From assembly GCA_965225945.1 (NCBI GenBank), contig CBDDBZ010000031.1:96001-160000 (forward strand): a stretch of 64,000 nucleotides of DNA, in the 5' to 3' direction. The notes below the pieces were generated by a model. The model worked only from the letters and a program-made list of their open reading frames with translations. It ran no database searches and was not told the origin of the DNA. This document shows positions 32,809 through 42,987 of the stretch, in pieces. Every line of letters starts with the position of its first letter. The first letter of the stretch is position 1. The translations under genes were made by a program, and so were the position numbers. This DNA comes from Alphaproteobacteria bacterium. Its GTDB lineage: Bacteria > Pseudomonadota > Alphaproteobacteria > GCA-2731375.

Positions 32809-33720
32809 TCACCGCCTCGCCCGTCCCTCGAGCAGAGCGCGATGATCGAGGATGGCGGCGGCGATGAAGTCGACGAAGGCGCGTACCCGTGCCGTCTTGC
32901 GCAGGCCCTGGCGCGACAGCAGCCAAATGCCGCGGTCCGGGATGGGCACCGCGTCCGGAACTCGGACTAGGCCGGACTCCCGATCTCCCAGGAAGCATGG
33001 CAGCATCGCCAGCCCCATGCCGGCTTTCGCCGCCTCGATCTGAAGTGCGTGGCTAGGGAGGTTGTGGCGAACCGGCAGGCTCGGATAGGCGGTGCCTCGC
33101 ACCCAGCTCTGGTCGCCGTCGCCGCCATGCCACCCGATCCAGCTCCGGCCCGCGTCGATCGCGCCGGAGATCGGATCGAGCGCCTTCGCGACCTCGGGAG
33201 CGGCATAGAGCGTCTTGACATATTGCACGAGCCGCCGGCCCAGGACGTCGTCGGTCACCTCATGGGCCATGCGGATCGACACCTCCGCCTCCAGGTGTGT
33301 CAGATCGGAAAACCGGTCCGTCAGGTCGAGGTCGAGATCGATCCCCGGATAGAGACCCGCGAAGCGGCGCAGCTCGGCGGCGAGAAATCCCCGCATGATC
33401 GCGAAGGGCAAACTCACCTTCACCTCGCCGCTGAGGTCGGCGTCACGTCCCGCGATGTTCCGTTGTGCCTCGAAGAGCTCGTCTTCGACCCGTTCCGCCG
33501 AGCGGAGCAGATCGTCGCCTGCCTGGGTCCGGACGAACCCCTCCCGCGTCCGATCGAACAGCTTGGAGCCAAAGCCGGCTTCCAATGCCTTCAACCGGCG
33601 ATTCACCGTCGCGTGGTTGAGGCGCAGCATACGCGCCGCCCCGCGCAGGGAACCCGACCTCGAGAGCGCGAGAAAGACCCGCAGGTCGTCCCAGTCGATG
33701 GATGAAGAACGATCCGACAT
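32809..33720 (-). CDS. LysR-family transcriptional regulator
   Basis: DWDDLRVFLAL...HATVNRRL HTH; divergent from the hydrolase gene. Confidence 0.9.
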   Translation of the reverse strand: MSDRSSSIDWDDLRVFLALSRSGSLRGAARMLRLNHATVNRRLKALEAGFGSKLFDRTREGFVRTQAGDDLLRSAERVEDELFEAQRNIAGRDADLSGEVKVSLPFAIMRGFLAAELRRFAGLYPGIDLDLDLTDRFSDLTHLEAEVSIRMAHEVTDDVLGRRLVQYVKTLYAAPEVAKALDPISGAIDAGRSWIGWHGGDGDQSWVRGTAYPSLPVRHNLPSHALQIEAAKAGMGLAMLPCFLGDRESGLVRVPDAVPIPDRGIWLLSRQGLRKTARVRAFVDFIAAAILDHRALLEGRARR

Positions 33721-33798
33721 GGTGCGAATTATGCACCTTCCGGATCGAAAATGAATAGGCGACAGTAACCACCCGGGTGCGGTGGCGGACCCTGGGAG

Positions 33799-34404
33799 GT
33801 GGCGGAAAACATGATCGACGCGTTCAGCTTTCTGATGGTGCCGGGAATCGGGGGAGCCGATGCGGCGCATTGGCAATCGCTTTGGCGCCACGAATTCGCC
33901 GATGCGCGCATGGTCGAGCAGGTGGATTGGGACCGGCCGGACGTCGAGGCCTGGGTGGCGGTGTTGAATCGCGACATCGAAGGTTGCCGCAAGCCCGTCG
34001 TCGTGTTGGCCCACAGCCTCGGCTGCGCCCTGCTCGCCCATTGGGCGGAGCGGGTCTCGCGCGGCCGCATCGAGACCCCGTCGCCGCCAATCGCGGCGGC
34101 GATGTTGGTGGCGCCTGGCGATGTGGATAGAAAGGTTTCCGAGATCGCGGCCGTCCGCTCATTCGTGCCCTTGCCTCGCCCGCGCTTCTGCTTTCCGAGC
34201 ATCGTCGTCGCGAGCACGAACGATCCCTACGTAGCCGCCGAGCGCGCCGAGGAGTTCGCCCGCGGTTGGGGCAGCGAATTCGTCTGCGTCGGGGCGATGG
34301 GCCACATCTCGCTCGACGCGGGCTGCGGCTCTTGGCCGAGGGGGATGGAGATCCTGACGGACTTTCTCCAGCGGCAAGGGGCGTCCCGGTGGCAGTCGGC
34401 CTAA
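33799..34404 (+). CDS. RBBP9/YdeN-family alpha/beta hydrolase
   Basis: VPGIGG..AHWQ, AHSLG, STNDPY and GHI motifs. Confidence 0.85.
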   Translation: MAENMIDAFSFLMVPGIGGADAAHWQSLWRHEFADARMVEQVDWDRPDVEAWVAVLNRDIEGCRKPVVVLAHSLGCALLAHWAERVSRGRIETPSPPIAAAMLVAPGDVDRKVSEIAAVRSFVPLPRPRFCFPSIVVASTNDPYVAAERAEEFARGWGSEFVCVGAMGHISLDAGCGSWPRGMEILTDFLQRQGASRWQSA

Positions 34405-34432
34405 TCGGCGGCACATCCGGGAGTTATCCGCC

Positions 34433-35416
34433 ATGGCGCAAAAACCACCGATACATGGCTCCATTCTCGAACGGATCGGCGGCACGCCGCTGGTCCGGTT
34501 GCACGAGCTGGTCCCCCGCGACAGCGCGCGCATCGTGGTCAAGATCGAGAGCGAGAACCCGACTGGCAGCATGAAGGACCGCATGGCGCTCGCCATGATC
34601 GAGGCGGTGGAGCGCGACGGCCGACTGCGGCCCGGCGGAAATATCGTCGAATATAGCGGCGGCAGCACCGGGGTTTCGTTGGCCCTGGTCGGTGGCGTCA
34701 AGCGATACGCTGTCCACATCGCGACCTCGGATGCGTTCAGTATCGAGAAGCGGGACCATATGCGGGCGCTCGGCGCCGAGCTGACCCTGGTGGAGAGCGT
34801 CGATGGCGGGATAGACGAGGCGCTGACCCGCGACATGATCGAAGCGGCGCGCCGGATCCGGGAGCGGACGGGCGGCTTCTGGACGGATCAACTCAACAAC
34901 GCGGACCAGCTCGGCGCTTACCGGAAAATGGGCGAGGAGATCTGGCAACAGACCGAGGGCAAACTCGACGCCTTCGTACAGAGCGTCGGAACGGCGGGAT
35001 CCGTGCGCGGCGTGGCCGAGCACTTGCACCGGAAGAACCCGGAGATCCACGTCGTGGCGGTCGAGCCGAGCGAATCCGCCGTGCTGTCCGGGCGAAAGAC
35101 GGGTATCCACGAGATCGAGGGCATCGGCGCCGGCTTCGTCGTGCCGTTGTGGGACCCGAGCGCCATCGACGAGGTCGCGACCGTCTCGAGCGCGGAGGCC
35201 AAGGCGATGGCCCGGCGGCTGGCCCGCGAAGAAGGGCTATTCGCGGGGACTTCGACCGGGGGCAATGTCTCCGTCGCCTTGAAGGTGGCCGAGCGGCTGG
35301 GGCCAGAGGCGACCGTCGTCACGCTGATGTGCGATTCCGGCATCAAGTATTTGAGCACGGATCTCTACGGAAACGGCTTGCGGGATGGGCGGGGCGCCTT
35401 GGAGGCGTTGGCTTAG
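34433..35416 (+). CDS. PLP-dependent cysteine synthase-family protein
   Basis: ENPTGSMKDR (PLP lysine), VGTAG, IEGIG and CDSGIKYLST motifs. Confidence 0.85.
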   Translation: MAQKPPIHGSILERIGGTPLVRLHELVPRDSARIVVKIESENPTGSMKDRMALAMIEAVERDGRLRPGGNIVEYSGGSTGVSLALVGGVKRYAVHIATSDAFSIEKRDHMRALGAELTLVESVDGGIDEALTRDMIEAARRIRERTGGFWTDQLNNADQLGAYRKMGEEIWQQTEGKLDAFVQSVGTAGSVRGVAEHLHRKNPEIHVVAVEPSESAVLSGRKTGIHEIEGIGAGFVVPLWDPSAIDEVATVSSAEAKAMARRLAREEGLFAGTSTGGNVSVALKVAERLGPEATVVTLMCDSGIKYLSTDLYGNGLRDGRGALEALA

Positions 35417-35426
35417 AGCATTCCAA

Positions 35427-36587
35427 TCATTCCGAGCCGGTTGCCCTCACCACCCGGTTCCTGCCGCCACGCTTTGCCGCATACATCGCCTTGTCCACCT
35501 GCTCCATGATCGCGTCCAACGGCTGGTCCGGCGCGCAGTCGGCGACGCCGATGCTAACCGTAAATCTGATATGGCCGCCGGTGATTGGAAGCTCCACCGC
35601 CGCCAAGGCTTCCCGCAAGCGTTCGGCCACTCGCTCCGCCATCTCAACGGGACATTCCGGCAAGAGGGCCAAAAACTCCTCGCCTCCCACGCGGCCCAAT
35701 ATATCGTGCCCACGAAGCGTCGCCTCACAGCTACCAACGACATGCTTCAACACCTCGTCTCCAACCGCATGACCGTGTCTGTCGTTGATGCGTTTGAAGT
35801 GATCAATGTCGAACATCAAGATGGATAGTGGCCGCTCATGGCGTCGGGACCGCTTAATCTCTCGGCCCGCAAGATCAAGAAATCCCCGACGATTGTTGGC
35901 GCCCGTAAGGGAATCGATCGAGGCCAATCGCCGTAATTCGTCTTCTGCCTCTTTGCGGCGAACAATCTCGCGCATGAGGTCCTTCGAACGCTCCTCTACC
36001 GCGGTTTCTAGTTCTTGCGTGCGATTAGTGACATATTCCTCCATTGATTTAAAGATGCCCGCAAAGTGACTTATCTCGTCTTTCTGTGTTTTTATGTCAG
36101 CGAAGATGGTCGGGTCAAACCTATCCTCGATCAACGCCTGGGCCGAAAATGATAGATAAGCAAGTGGAATTGTTCGCGATTGGACTCGCCTGGCAAGTAA
36201 CCTGATTATAGCGAGCAGGCAATCTCTATCGGATTCGATTACCTGCCAGAATGCATCGCGAGGAATTCGAAGTGCTCGGACCTTTGATGTTGCAATTATG
36301 TCCGCGGTATGCGGTACATCACAAAACAACGAAATTTCCCCCAATAATGTGCCGGCTCCTAGTTGAGCCACCTCGACCGCGTTGCCACTCACTTCCACAA
36401 CCACTGAAACCGAGCCCTCTTGGATGAGGAATATCGACGTGCCCGCTTTGCCTTGGCGAATGAGATACGATGCAGCGGCGAAATCGCAGACCTCACCGTG
36501 CTCGAGGAGCGTCCCGACGATGTCTGGCCTTAGATCCAAAAATAGCGGATTGGTACGAAGATCCTCCAAATCCTTCTCCCCATCCAT
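35427..36587 (-). CDS. Cyclic-nucleotide-binding + GGDEF diguanylate cyclase
   Basis: LLGEISL cNMP fold; DSLTG, DIDHFKRIND and GGEEF motifs. Confidence 0.88.
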   Translation of the reverse strand: MDGEKDLEDLRTNPLFLDLRPDIVGTLLEHGEVCDFAAASYLIRQGKAGTSIFLIQEGSVSVVVEVSGNAVEVAQLGAGTLLGEISLFCDVPHTADIIATSKVRALRIPRDAFWQVIESDRDCLLAIIRLLARRVQSRTIPLAYLSFSAQALIEDRFDPTIFADIKTQKDEISHFAGIFKSMEEYVTNRTQELETAVEERSKDLMREIVRRKEAEDELRRLASIDSLTGANNRRGFLDLAGREIKRSRRHERPLSILMFDIDHFKRINDRHGHAVGDEVLKHVVGSCEATLRGHDILGRVGGEEFLALLPECPVEMAERVAERLREALAAVELPITGGHIRFTVSIGVADCAPDQPLDAIMEQVDKAMYAAKRGGRNRVVRATGSE

Positions 36588-36603
36588 GTGACCGTGACCC
36601 GTG

Positions 36604-37882
36604 CTAGTGTCCGGGCGACGAACACGCCGAAGACCAAGACGCAAAGGCTCTCCAGACGGCTCTTGCGAAAGGCCTCACGCAGGGCGTTGATCGGGTTGTC
36701 TCGATGATTTCGATAAATTTATATGATTATGTCTCTATTTGTTTTCAGGAGGCGCGATTGATGGCGAGAGTGGCGGTGACGATCTCTTTGAGCGATGACG
36801 AGCGCGCCGAATTGGAGGCGCTGTCTCGTCGTCGCAAGACGTCGCAGGGGCTTGCGCGGCGGGCTCGGATCGTCTTGGCGGCGGCGGAAGGGTTGGAGAA
36901 CAAGGAGATCGCCGTTCGTCTCGAGGCGAGCGCGGACACCGTGGGCAAGTGGCGTCGCCGCTATGCGGCGGAGGGCCTCGACGGTCTGTACGACGAACCC
37001 CGCCCCGGCGCGCCGCGTCAAATCGGCGATGACGCCATCGCGGAAGCGGTCCGGCTGACGCTGGAAGAGACGCCGCCGGACGCGACCCATTGGAGCCTTC
37101 GCTCGATGGCGCGGGCGAGCGGCCACGCGCCCTCGACCATTCATCGCATCTGGCGGGCCTTCGGCTTGCAGCCGCATCGCTCGGAGACCTTCAAGCTGTC
37201 GAGCGATCCCTTCTTCGTGGAGAAGGTCCGCGACATCGTCGGTCTGTATTTGGCGCCGCCGGATCGTGCCCTGGTTCTCTGTGTCGACGAAAAGAGCCAG
37301 ATCCAGGCCTTGGACCGTTCCCAGCCCCTCTTGCCGATGCGCCCCGGGCAGGCGGAGCGGCGCAGCCACGACTACAAGCGCCACGGCACGACCTCTCTCT
37401 TCGCGGCCCTCGACATCGCCACGGGAGAGATCATCGGCAAATGTTTCCCGCGCCATCGGGCCCGAGAGTTCCGCAAATTCCTCGACCTCGTCGAGGCGAA
37501 CGTCCCTGCTGATCTCGACATCCACATCGTCATGGACAACTACGGGACCCACAAGACCAAGGCGATCCGCGACTGGTTCGCCAAACGGCCGCGCTGGCAG
37601 GCCCATTTCACACCCACCAGCGCCTCCTGGCTGAACCAGGTCGAGCGCTGGTTCGGGCTGCTGACCGACAAGCAGATCAGGCGCGGCGTCCATCGCTCCA
37701 CCAAGGAGCTGGAGCGCACCATCCTCGACTACATCGACACGACAAACCAGAACCCCAAACTCTTCAAATGGACCAAATCCGCCGATGACATCCTCGGCGC
37801 CATCCAGCGGTTCTGCCTCCGAACAATCGAAACCGCTGAACAGCAGGCGAAAATCATGCGAACTTCGGAATCGGGACACTAG
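36604..37882 (+). mobile_element. IS630-family element, copy 2 (extra ~94 bp inside the left end)
   Basis: CTAGTGTCC at 36604 and GGACACTAG ending 37882; body nearly identical to 11972-13156. Confidence 0.85.
36758..37882 (+). CDS. IS630 transposase
   Basis: Same protein as 11972-13096 apart from two substitutions. Confidence 0.93.
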   Translation: MMARVAVTISLSDDERAELEALSRRRKTSQGLARRARIVLAAAEGLENKEIAVRLEASADTVGKWRRRYAAEGLDGLYDEPRPGAPRQIGDDAIAEAVRLTLEETPPDATHWSLRSMARASGHAPSTIHRIWRAFGLQPHRSETFKLSSDPFFVEKVRDIVGLYLAPPDRALVLCVDEKSQIQALDRSQPLLPMRPGQAERRSHDYKRHGTTSLFAALDIATGEIIGKCFPRHRAREFRKFLDLVEANVPADLDIHIVMDNYGTHKTKAIRDWFAKRPRWQAHFTPTSASWLNQVERWFGLLTDKQIRRGVHRSTKELERTILDYIDTTNQNPKLFKWTKSADDILGAIQRFCLRTIETAEQQAKIMRTSESGH

Positions 37883-37886
37883 ATAG

Positions 37887-38989
37887 CGTCCCTATCCGGT
37901 TAAGGCAGGCAGCGCTCCCTGCGATTGTATACCGTCGACCAGTTCCCTTTAGGTGATGGTCGGTCGGGTCATGGCGCGGTGCAACACGAAATCGGCAAGG
38001 TCGAAGATGCGTTTGCGCCGGTTGAAGCGGTAGTTCCATTCCCGGACGTAGCGCGGCAAATGCTTGGCGCTCACCCCGTGGTAGGTTCCGTTGAGCCACG
38101 TCTTCACGTTGGAAAACAGGACATGGACGACCGGCATGAGCTGCTCGGCGTTCTTGCCTTGGCCTTGAACGACGGGCTGGTGGCGATAAGTATCGCCAAG
38201 CTTGGCGTAACTCTTGAAAGCGTCGCTGTCGAGGCGGCTTCCCGGCTTCACCGAGGCGCGCACGAAGTCGCCCAACTCACGGGCGGTGGCCTCGGGCAGG
38301 ATGGCGAGCCGCGCGGCGCCGGCGGCGAAGCCGCTCCCCTTGATGCCCTTGCCCGACCCGACCGGCCACTTCTTGACCGCCATCACCAACAGGCTCTTGT
38401 TCGGGTTGGAAAGCCCGCGCCCCCGGCTCTCCGGCTTGCCCCGCCCGCCGTAATAGCTCTCGTCGACCTCGACCAAGCCCTCCAGCGGGAACTCCGGGCG
38501 CTCCGTCAGGGCATGGCGCAGCTTGTGGGCCATCAGCCAGGCGGTGTCGTAGCGCAGGCTCAACTCTCGCGACAGAAACAGCGCCGAGACCCCGCGCTTG
38601 TCGCGCCCCATCCACCACGCCGCCAGGAACCATTTGCGCAACGGTGTGCGGGTGCGGTGGAAGACCGTGCCCGCGGTCACCGATTCCTGATGGCCGCAAC
38701 CGGCGCATTCGATGCTGCCCGGCGGTTGGCTGTTTCCAGACCCGCGGCCGCGTCTTCAATTGGTAGTTCCGCCTCTCGCCGCAACGCGCGCAGACGTAGC
38801 CTTGCGGCCAGCGCAGCCGAGCCAGCGCCTCGATGCAGTCCGCCTCCGATCCATGGCGTTCGAGGAACTCCAATATCCCGCTCATCGAATAGTCCTCCAA
38901 AAGCTCCAGCCGATGCGATCAGCCTACACCTCTATGGAGAACATATCAAGAACATTCGGAGCCCATCCTGCTTTAACCAGATAGGGACG
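37887..38989 (-). mobile_element. IS1595-family element with inactivated transposase
   Basis: IRs CGTCCCTATCCGGTTAAGGCAGG / CGTCCCTATCTGGTTAAAGCAGG; 8-bp TSD CTAGATAG. Transposase (EVDESYYGG, SDAF) is broken by a 25-nt insertion at 38711-38735 and a TAA at 37949-37951. Confidence 0.9.
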
Positions 38990-39127
38990 CTAGATAGATA
39001 TTCGGCCCAGGTCTCCGCGAAACTGAATATACGCTGTTTGGATCGAGATTTCCCAATTCAGACGTCCCGGTGTCGAGGCCGGCCCCAGCCCGCCGCCAGG
39101 GCGGCTCATGGACCGGCGAAGTTGCTC

Positions 39128-39300
39128 GGGAGCCATGACCGAAAGTTGGCGATGGCCTGATCAGGCGGCGTTTTGGATTTTCCTGATTCCGTCCTCGAAC
39201 CTCACGCCTCGGACGACTTCGGCGAGCTGATTGGATCCATTGAGTCTGCGCCATTTCTCACGCGCTCGAGAGCAGCTTGAAGACCATGGCGAGCGCCGTC
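39128..39300 (-). pseudogene. IS256-family 3' remnant
   Basis: EKWRRLNGSNQLAEVVRGVRFEDG C-terminus followed by a GGGAGCC-starting end sequence. Confidence 0.7.
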
Positions 39301-39589
39301 TTCCGGCTGGTACTTCCGGCAGATCTTGTCGACGGCGTCGCGGATCGACTCCTGTTCGGGCGTGACAGCGAAATCCATCTACGGGCTTCCTCGAGCCAGG
39401 TCGGAAAAGGCAACCGGGCGGGGCCAATCTAGCCGATGTCGGGTGGGGGCGCGCAAGCTTCCGCTTCGCTGCGGGCGTCGGCGCGTCTTCCGGGAGGCCG
39501 GCCACCGCCCCGAGCCCATTCAGAGCCTCCCGTCCGGTCCGTCGAGTGCCGACGGCGTCCCCGCGATCACCGCCTCACCCGTCTCGAGC
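39301..39589 (-). repeat. Diverged direct repeat of 32540-32833 (acyl-CoA dehydrogenase 5' end and upstream region)
   Basis: Encodes MDFAVTPEQESIRDAVDKICRKYQPE. Shared blocks include GGGGCCAATCTAGCCGATGT and CGTCCGGTCCGTCG...CCGCGATCACCGCCTC. Confidence 0.88.
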
Positions 39590-39880
39590 GGCATACGCAA
39601 ATTCACGTTACTGGTGAGCCGGGGGGCGCCAGTGACGGCCTCGGAGAGGCGCGGTCGTCGTGCGCGGCGAGACGCCATAGACGATGGACGACACCCTCTG
39701 GGAGCGTCCCCTGGCCGCTCCGAGCGAGCGTGATCGCGTTACGGCCGCCTTCCGTAGGCTATCGAGTATGCTCTTCCAAGGGGTTTCGTGCATGCCAACG
39801 TAAAGGCTGCGAAGGAAGCTGATTGGAAGCGCCGGTTGGAGCTGCAGGGGATTTTGCTGTCACCTTGCGCTCGCTATGCT

Positions 39881-40375
39881 ATGATGACGGATCATGGTGA
39901 GCCCTGGCGAACAATGATTATCAACTGGTACTCGACGCATATCGACCTGGGCAATCTTTCGCAGCGCCTGAGGACTGCCTATGCGTTGTGGGTATCTGTA
40001 ATCGACCCAGGAAATTTACCAAGCCTAAAGCAGATCCAATCCTCGAGCTTCTATGAAGACTTATCGCCCTATATTGCGTTGACCGAGAATCAGGGAGACG
40101 CCGAACTCCCGAAATTGGTCCGTTTGACGGCTGGGTCGAAGGTCGTCGAGCTCTTTGGAGCAGACTTGGCAGCACGGCGGCTCGACGAAGTGTTGACGGA
40201 ATCCGGTCAATTATTGGCCGAAGAAATATTTGACGAACTGCGCAACCAACGCAAACCGGTACATTTCAGCGTCTCGGGCTCTCCTAATATTAGCAAAGAC
40301 GTGGAAGCGATCGTGATGCCGCTGCTGCACGATGATGCGGCTATGGAACTGGCCTTGTTCGTGTACGATGTTTGA
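39881..40375 (+). CDS. Hypothetical protein, PAS-like sensory domain
   Basis: YALW...LPS...LSPYIAL...RLTAGSKVVELFGADL pattern. Start uncertain. Confidence 0.55.
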   Translation: MMTDHGEPWRTMIINWYSTHIDLGNLSQRLRTAYALWVSVIDPGNLPSLKQIQSSSFYEDLSPYIALTENQGDAELPKLVRLTAGSKVVELFGADLAARRLDEVLTESGQLLAEEIFDELRNQRKPVHFSVSGSPNISKDVEAIVMPLLHDDAAMELALFVYDV

Positions 40376-40753
40376 AGCGAGGAACGCTACGATCCGGGAG
40401 GCGCGCCGATAATTATCGACAAACAGCCCGAAGCCTTGGCGATCAGCAAGGCGTACAAGATCTGACAGACTCGAAGCTCACGCTACGGTCATGCACGCGC
40501 CGAGTTTCGGGGCTAAATTCGCCGTCAGGGTGATAGGGTCAGATTGGTCATTTGTAGCCAATAGTTTCCGTTCAATACTTTTAATGAACTGCGCCGTTTC
40601 GACCGCTTGAGATCACGGTTCCTGCTGTGTGCGAGCTTCGATAGACTTGCGTCATGTCAGAACGGACACAGCGCAGACGGGCAGCCATTGTGGCCGCGGC
40701 GATGTCCCGCCCAATGTTGAAAAGTGCGAGATAGGCATCGTCTGATCGAGAGG

Positions 40754-42052
40754 CTACGCGGCCACCTCGATGTCTTCAATGACGGACTTTGCTCCGGCCT
40801 TTCTCACCGCCTCCCGCAGGGCGGCGTCAAGGACGGGGAGCTGGCGGTAGGCCTTGAGGCGGCGGAAGGTCTTTTGCGCCTCCAAGAGGCCGGCGGCGGT
40901 CCAACGCAGCGCCATCTCGGCGTTGCGCCAGCGCTTGACGTTCCGCTGCACCGTCCGGACGGTGCCGATCGCGTTCTCGATGGCGTTGGTGCAAGCCAGC
41001 GAGTGTCGAAGTTGCGGCGGGAGGCCGAGCCGGATCACGGTCAGGATCTCGTCCAGGCCCTCCAGGATCGAGCCCGAGACGCCGGGTGCGTCATGCTCCA
41101 GACGGCGGGCGAGGTTGCGCAAGAGCCGTTCGGCCTTGGCCGCGTCGTCCTGCTGCCAGGCCTGCCGCAAGACCTTCCTGACGCCGGCATGGAGGCTCTC
41201 GTCCAGCCGGTCCGTGATGTTGCGCCCCTTGTGCACCTGGCAGCGCTGGAGGGCCGCCGCCCGCCCGAAGGTCCGCCGGATCGCCTTCGAGAGCGCCTTG
41301 GCGCCGTCGACGATGTAGAGCCGAGGCCGTTCGGGATCGAGACCGCGCTCGATCAGGTTGTCGAGCATGGCTTGCACCGTGGCCGCGTTCTCCGTCGCGC
41401 CCTCGGCCAGGTCCAGCACGTGCTTCGCGCCGCCGGTGTCGATGCCGATCGCCGCCACCATCAGGTGATCGCCGACATGGAGCCCGTCGATCTGGAGCAC
41501 CACGAGATCGAGATCGTCGAGCGGGCTCGCCAGCCAGGCCTTCAGCTTGCTTCGCGTCAACGCCACGAAACGGCGCGAGACCGCCGACTTCGAGGTTGCG
41601 TCACCCGATGCCGCCGGCAGATCGCCGCCCGCATCGTCCGGCAGGCGCACCGCGCGGGCATACTTGCGGGTCGAGACGTTGATCACCATCAGATTCATCG
41701 CCCAGGCTTGCAAGAGTTCGGGTTCCGACAGCAGCTCCCAACTCGGCAGGCTCATCTCCCGACCCGCGAAGTCCCGCACCCGAGGGCGCTCGACCTTCAC
41801 TTTGCCGCCGTGGTAGGCGATCTCGCTCCGGGTCGTGCCCCATCGATGGCCCTTGCGCTCGCCCGAGCGGGCGTGGCGCGAACCGCACAAGGCTTCCGCG
41901 TCCGCCGACATCATCTCGTTCAAAGACTCGAGGCCCGCCAAAAGGCAGAAGCGATCGACGCTCATGCGCAGATCGTCGAAGGCCTCCGGCATCGATGGCA
42001 AGAGCCGACAGGATGGTTCCGAGGAACGGTCGTTGCGTGTAGTCTTGGTCAT
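40754..42052 (-). CDS. IS256 (Mutator-type) transposase
   Basis: QIDG, IVDGAKAL, QRCQVHK and TNAIE motifs. Confidence 0.93.
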   Translation of the reverse strand: MTKTTRNDRSSEPSCRLLPSMPEAFDDLRMSVDRFCLLAGLESLNEMMSADAEALCGSRHARSGERKGHRWGTTRSEIAYHGGKVKVERPRVRDFAGREMSLPSWELLSEPELLQAWAMNLMVINVSTRKYARAVRLPDDAGGDLPAASGDATSKSAVSRRFVALTRSKLKAWLASPLDDLDLVVLQIDGLHVGDHLMVAAIGIDTGGAKHVLDLAEGATENAATVQAMLDNLIERGLDPERPRLYIVDGAKALSKAIRRTFGRAAALQRCQVHKGRNITDRLDESLHAGVRKVLRQAWQQDDAAKAERLLRNLARRLEHDAPGVSGSILEGLDEILTVIRLGLPPQLRHSLACTNAIENAIGTVRTVQRNVKRWRNAEMALRWTAAGLLEAQKTFRRLKAYRQLPVLDAALREAVRKAGAKSVIEDIEVAA

Positions 42053-42075
42053 GGCGTCGTTCTCCTTGATGGAAT

Positions 42076-42831
42076 CTTGCCTATCCGGTTATCACCCACA
42101 CCCACTATATGTAGTGTGCACCCATTTTCCTGAGTAAAGCTTCGGTGCAGGTCGAAGCGGAGATATCTCCGGCGATGCCGAGCAGGGACTCGGACGGCAT
42201 TGTAGCGCCTTTTAGGCGACACTTTAGCGTGGTGGAAATCCTAATCATTGAGTCGGATTTGGCAAAACGCCACGTTGCATAAAGGACCGTCACTTCATTG
42301 AAATTTATCTGAAATCGGAGGTGAACGACACCGATGGAATATTCCAGGAAATCAGAGCTTCATTGAATTGTAGGATTCGAGTGCCGGATTATTCACAAAT
42401 AGCTCTGTGAACTGGTTTTCAAGTTCGCTCAATACGTCATATGAAGTAAACGGATTGAGGATCACGTTCTTGCGTGTCGCTTCGTCTTCGCTGCGACTCA
42501 AAACGCGCAGGAGACTAACAGGCGCGGACGGGTTCTTCGCAACGATTCGTGCCAGCGCGTCGCTTTCTTCGACTAGTGCCGTCAATCGCTCAGACGATGT
42601 CGTTTCATCAGCAGCTTCCCGTCTGGCCGTGGGTTTCTTCGTTTTTCCCTTGGTCGCCACCGTTCCGTCCCCCGATGTTAAGTACGTGACGTGAATTAAA
42701 CTCCGGTTCGGTTTTCAGAACAATCAAGAATTAGCCGGATCGCCTCCTCAATGCGCCTGCGCCGGCCCTTGCCTGCAGTCCAAGGAGACACACTACATAT
42801 AGTGGGTGTGGGTGATAACCGGATAGGCAAG
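42076..42831. mobile_element. Non-autonomous mini-transposon with passenger gene
   Basis: Perfect 43-bp IR CTTGCCTATCCGGTTATCACCCACACCCACTATATGTAGTGTG. 8-bp TSD GATGGAAT is confirmed by the empty site in IS256 copy 2. No transposase recognised. Confidence 0.92.
42352..42660 (-). CDS. Passenger protein, leucine-rich-repeat-variant/HEAT-like
   Basis: Repeating VAKNPSAP..LL..L and VILNPFT..L units; GGGGA RBS with GTG start. Confidence 0.55.
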   Translation of the reverse strand: MATKGKTKKPTARREAADETTSSERLTALVEESDALARIVAKNPSAPVSLLRVLSRSEDEATRKNVILNPFTSYDVLSELENQFTELFVNNPALESYNSMKL

Positions 42832-42987
42832 GATGGAATCAGCACCCAGAGCCTAGCGGCTCCAGGCGGACGACGCCTACTTCAGCTTTTCAACAGAGCC
42901 CGGGACATCCCCGTGGCCGCAGACGTGGCCGGGTATCCTTGCGACCGCCAGCAAGCGCCGCCCGGTGCGTGACAAGAGGGGAACCCC

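Larger units (their letters stand above)
40698..42912 (-). mobile_element. IS256-family element, copy 1 (1451 bp plus a nested 756-bp element)
   Basis: IRs GG[C/G]GATGTCCCG...TGTTGAAAAG; 8-bp TSD GTGGCCGC. Confidence 0.93.
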
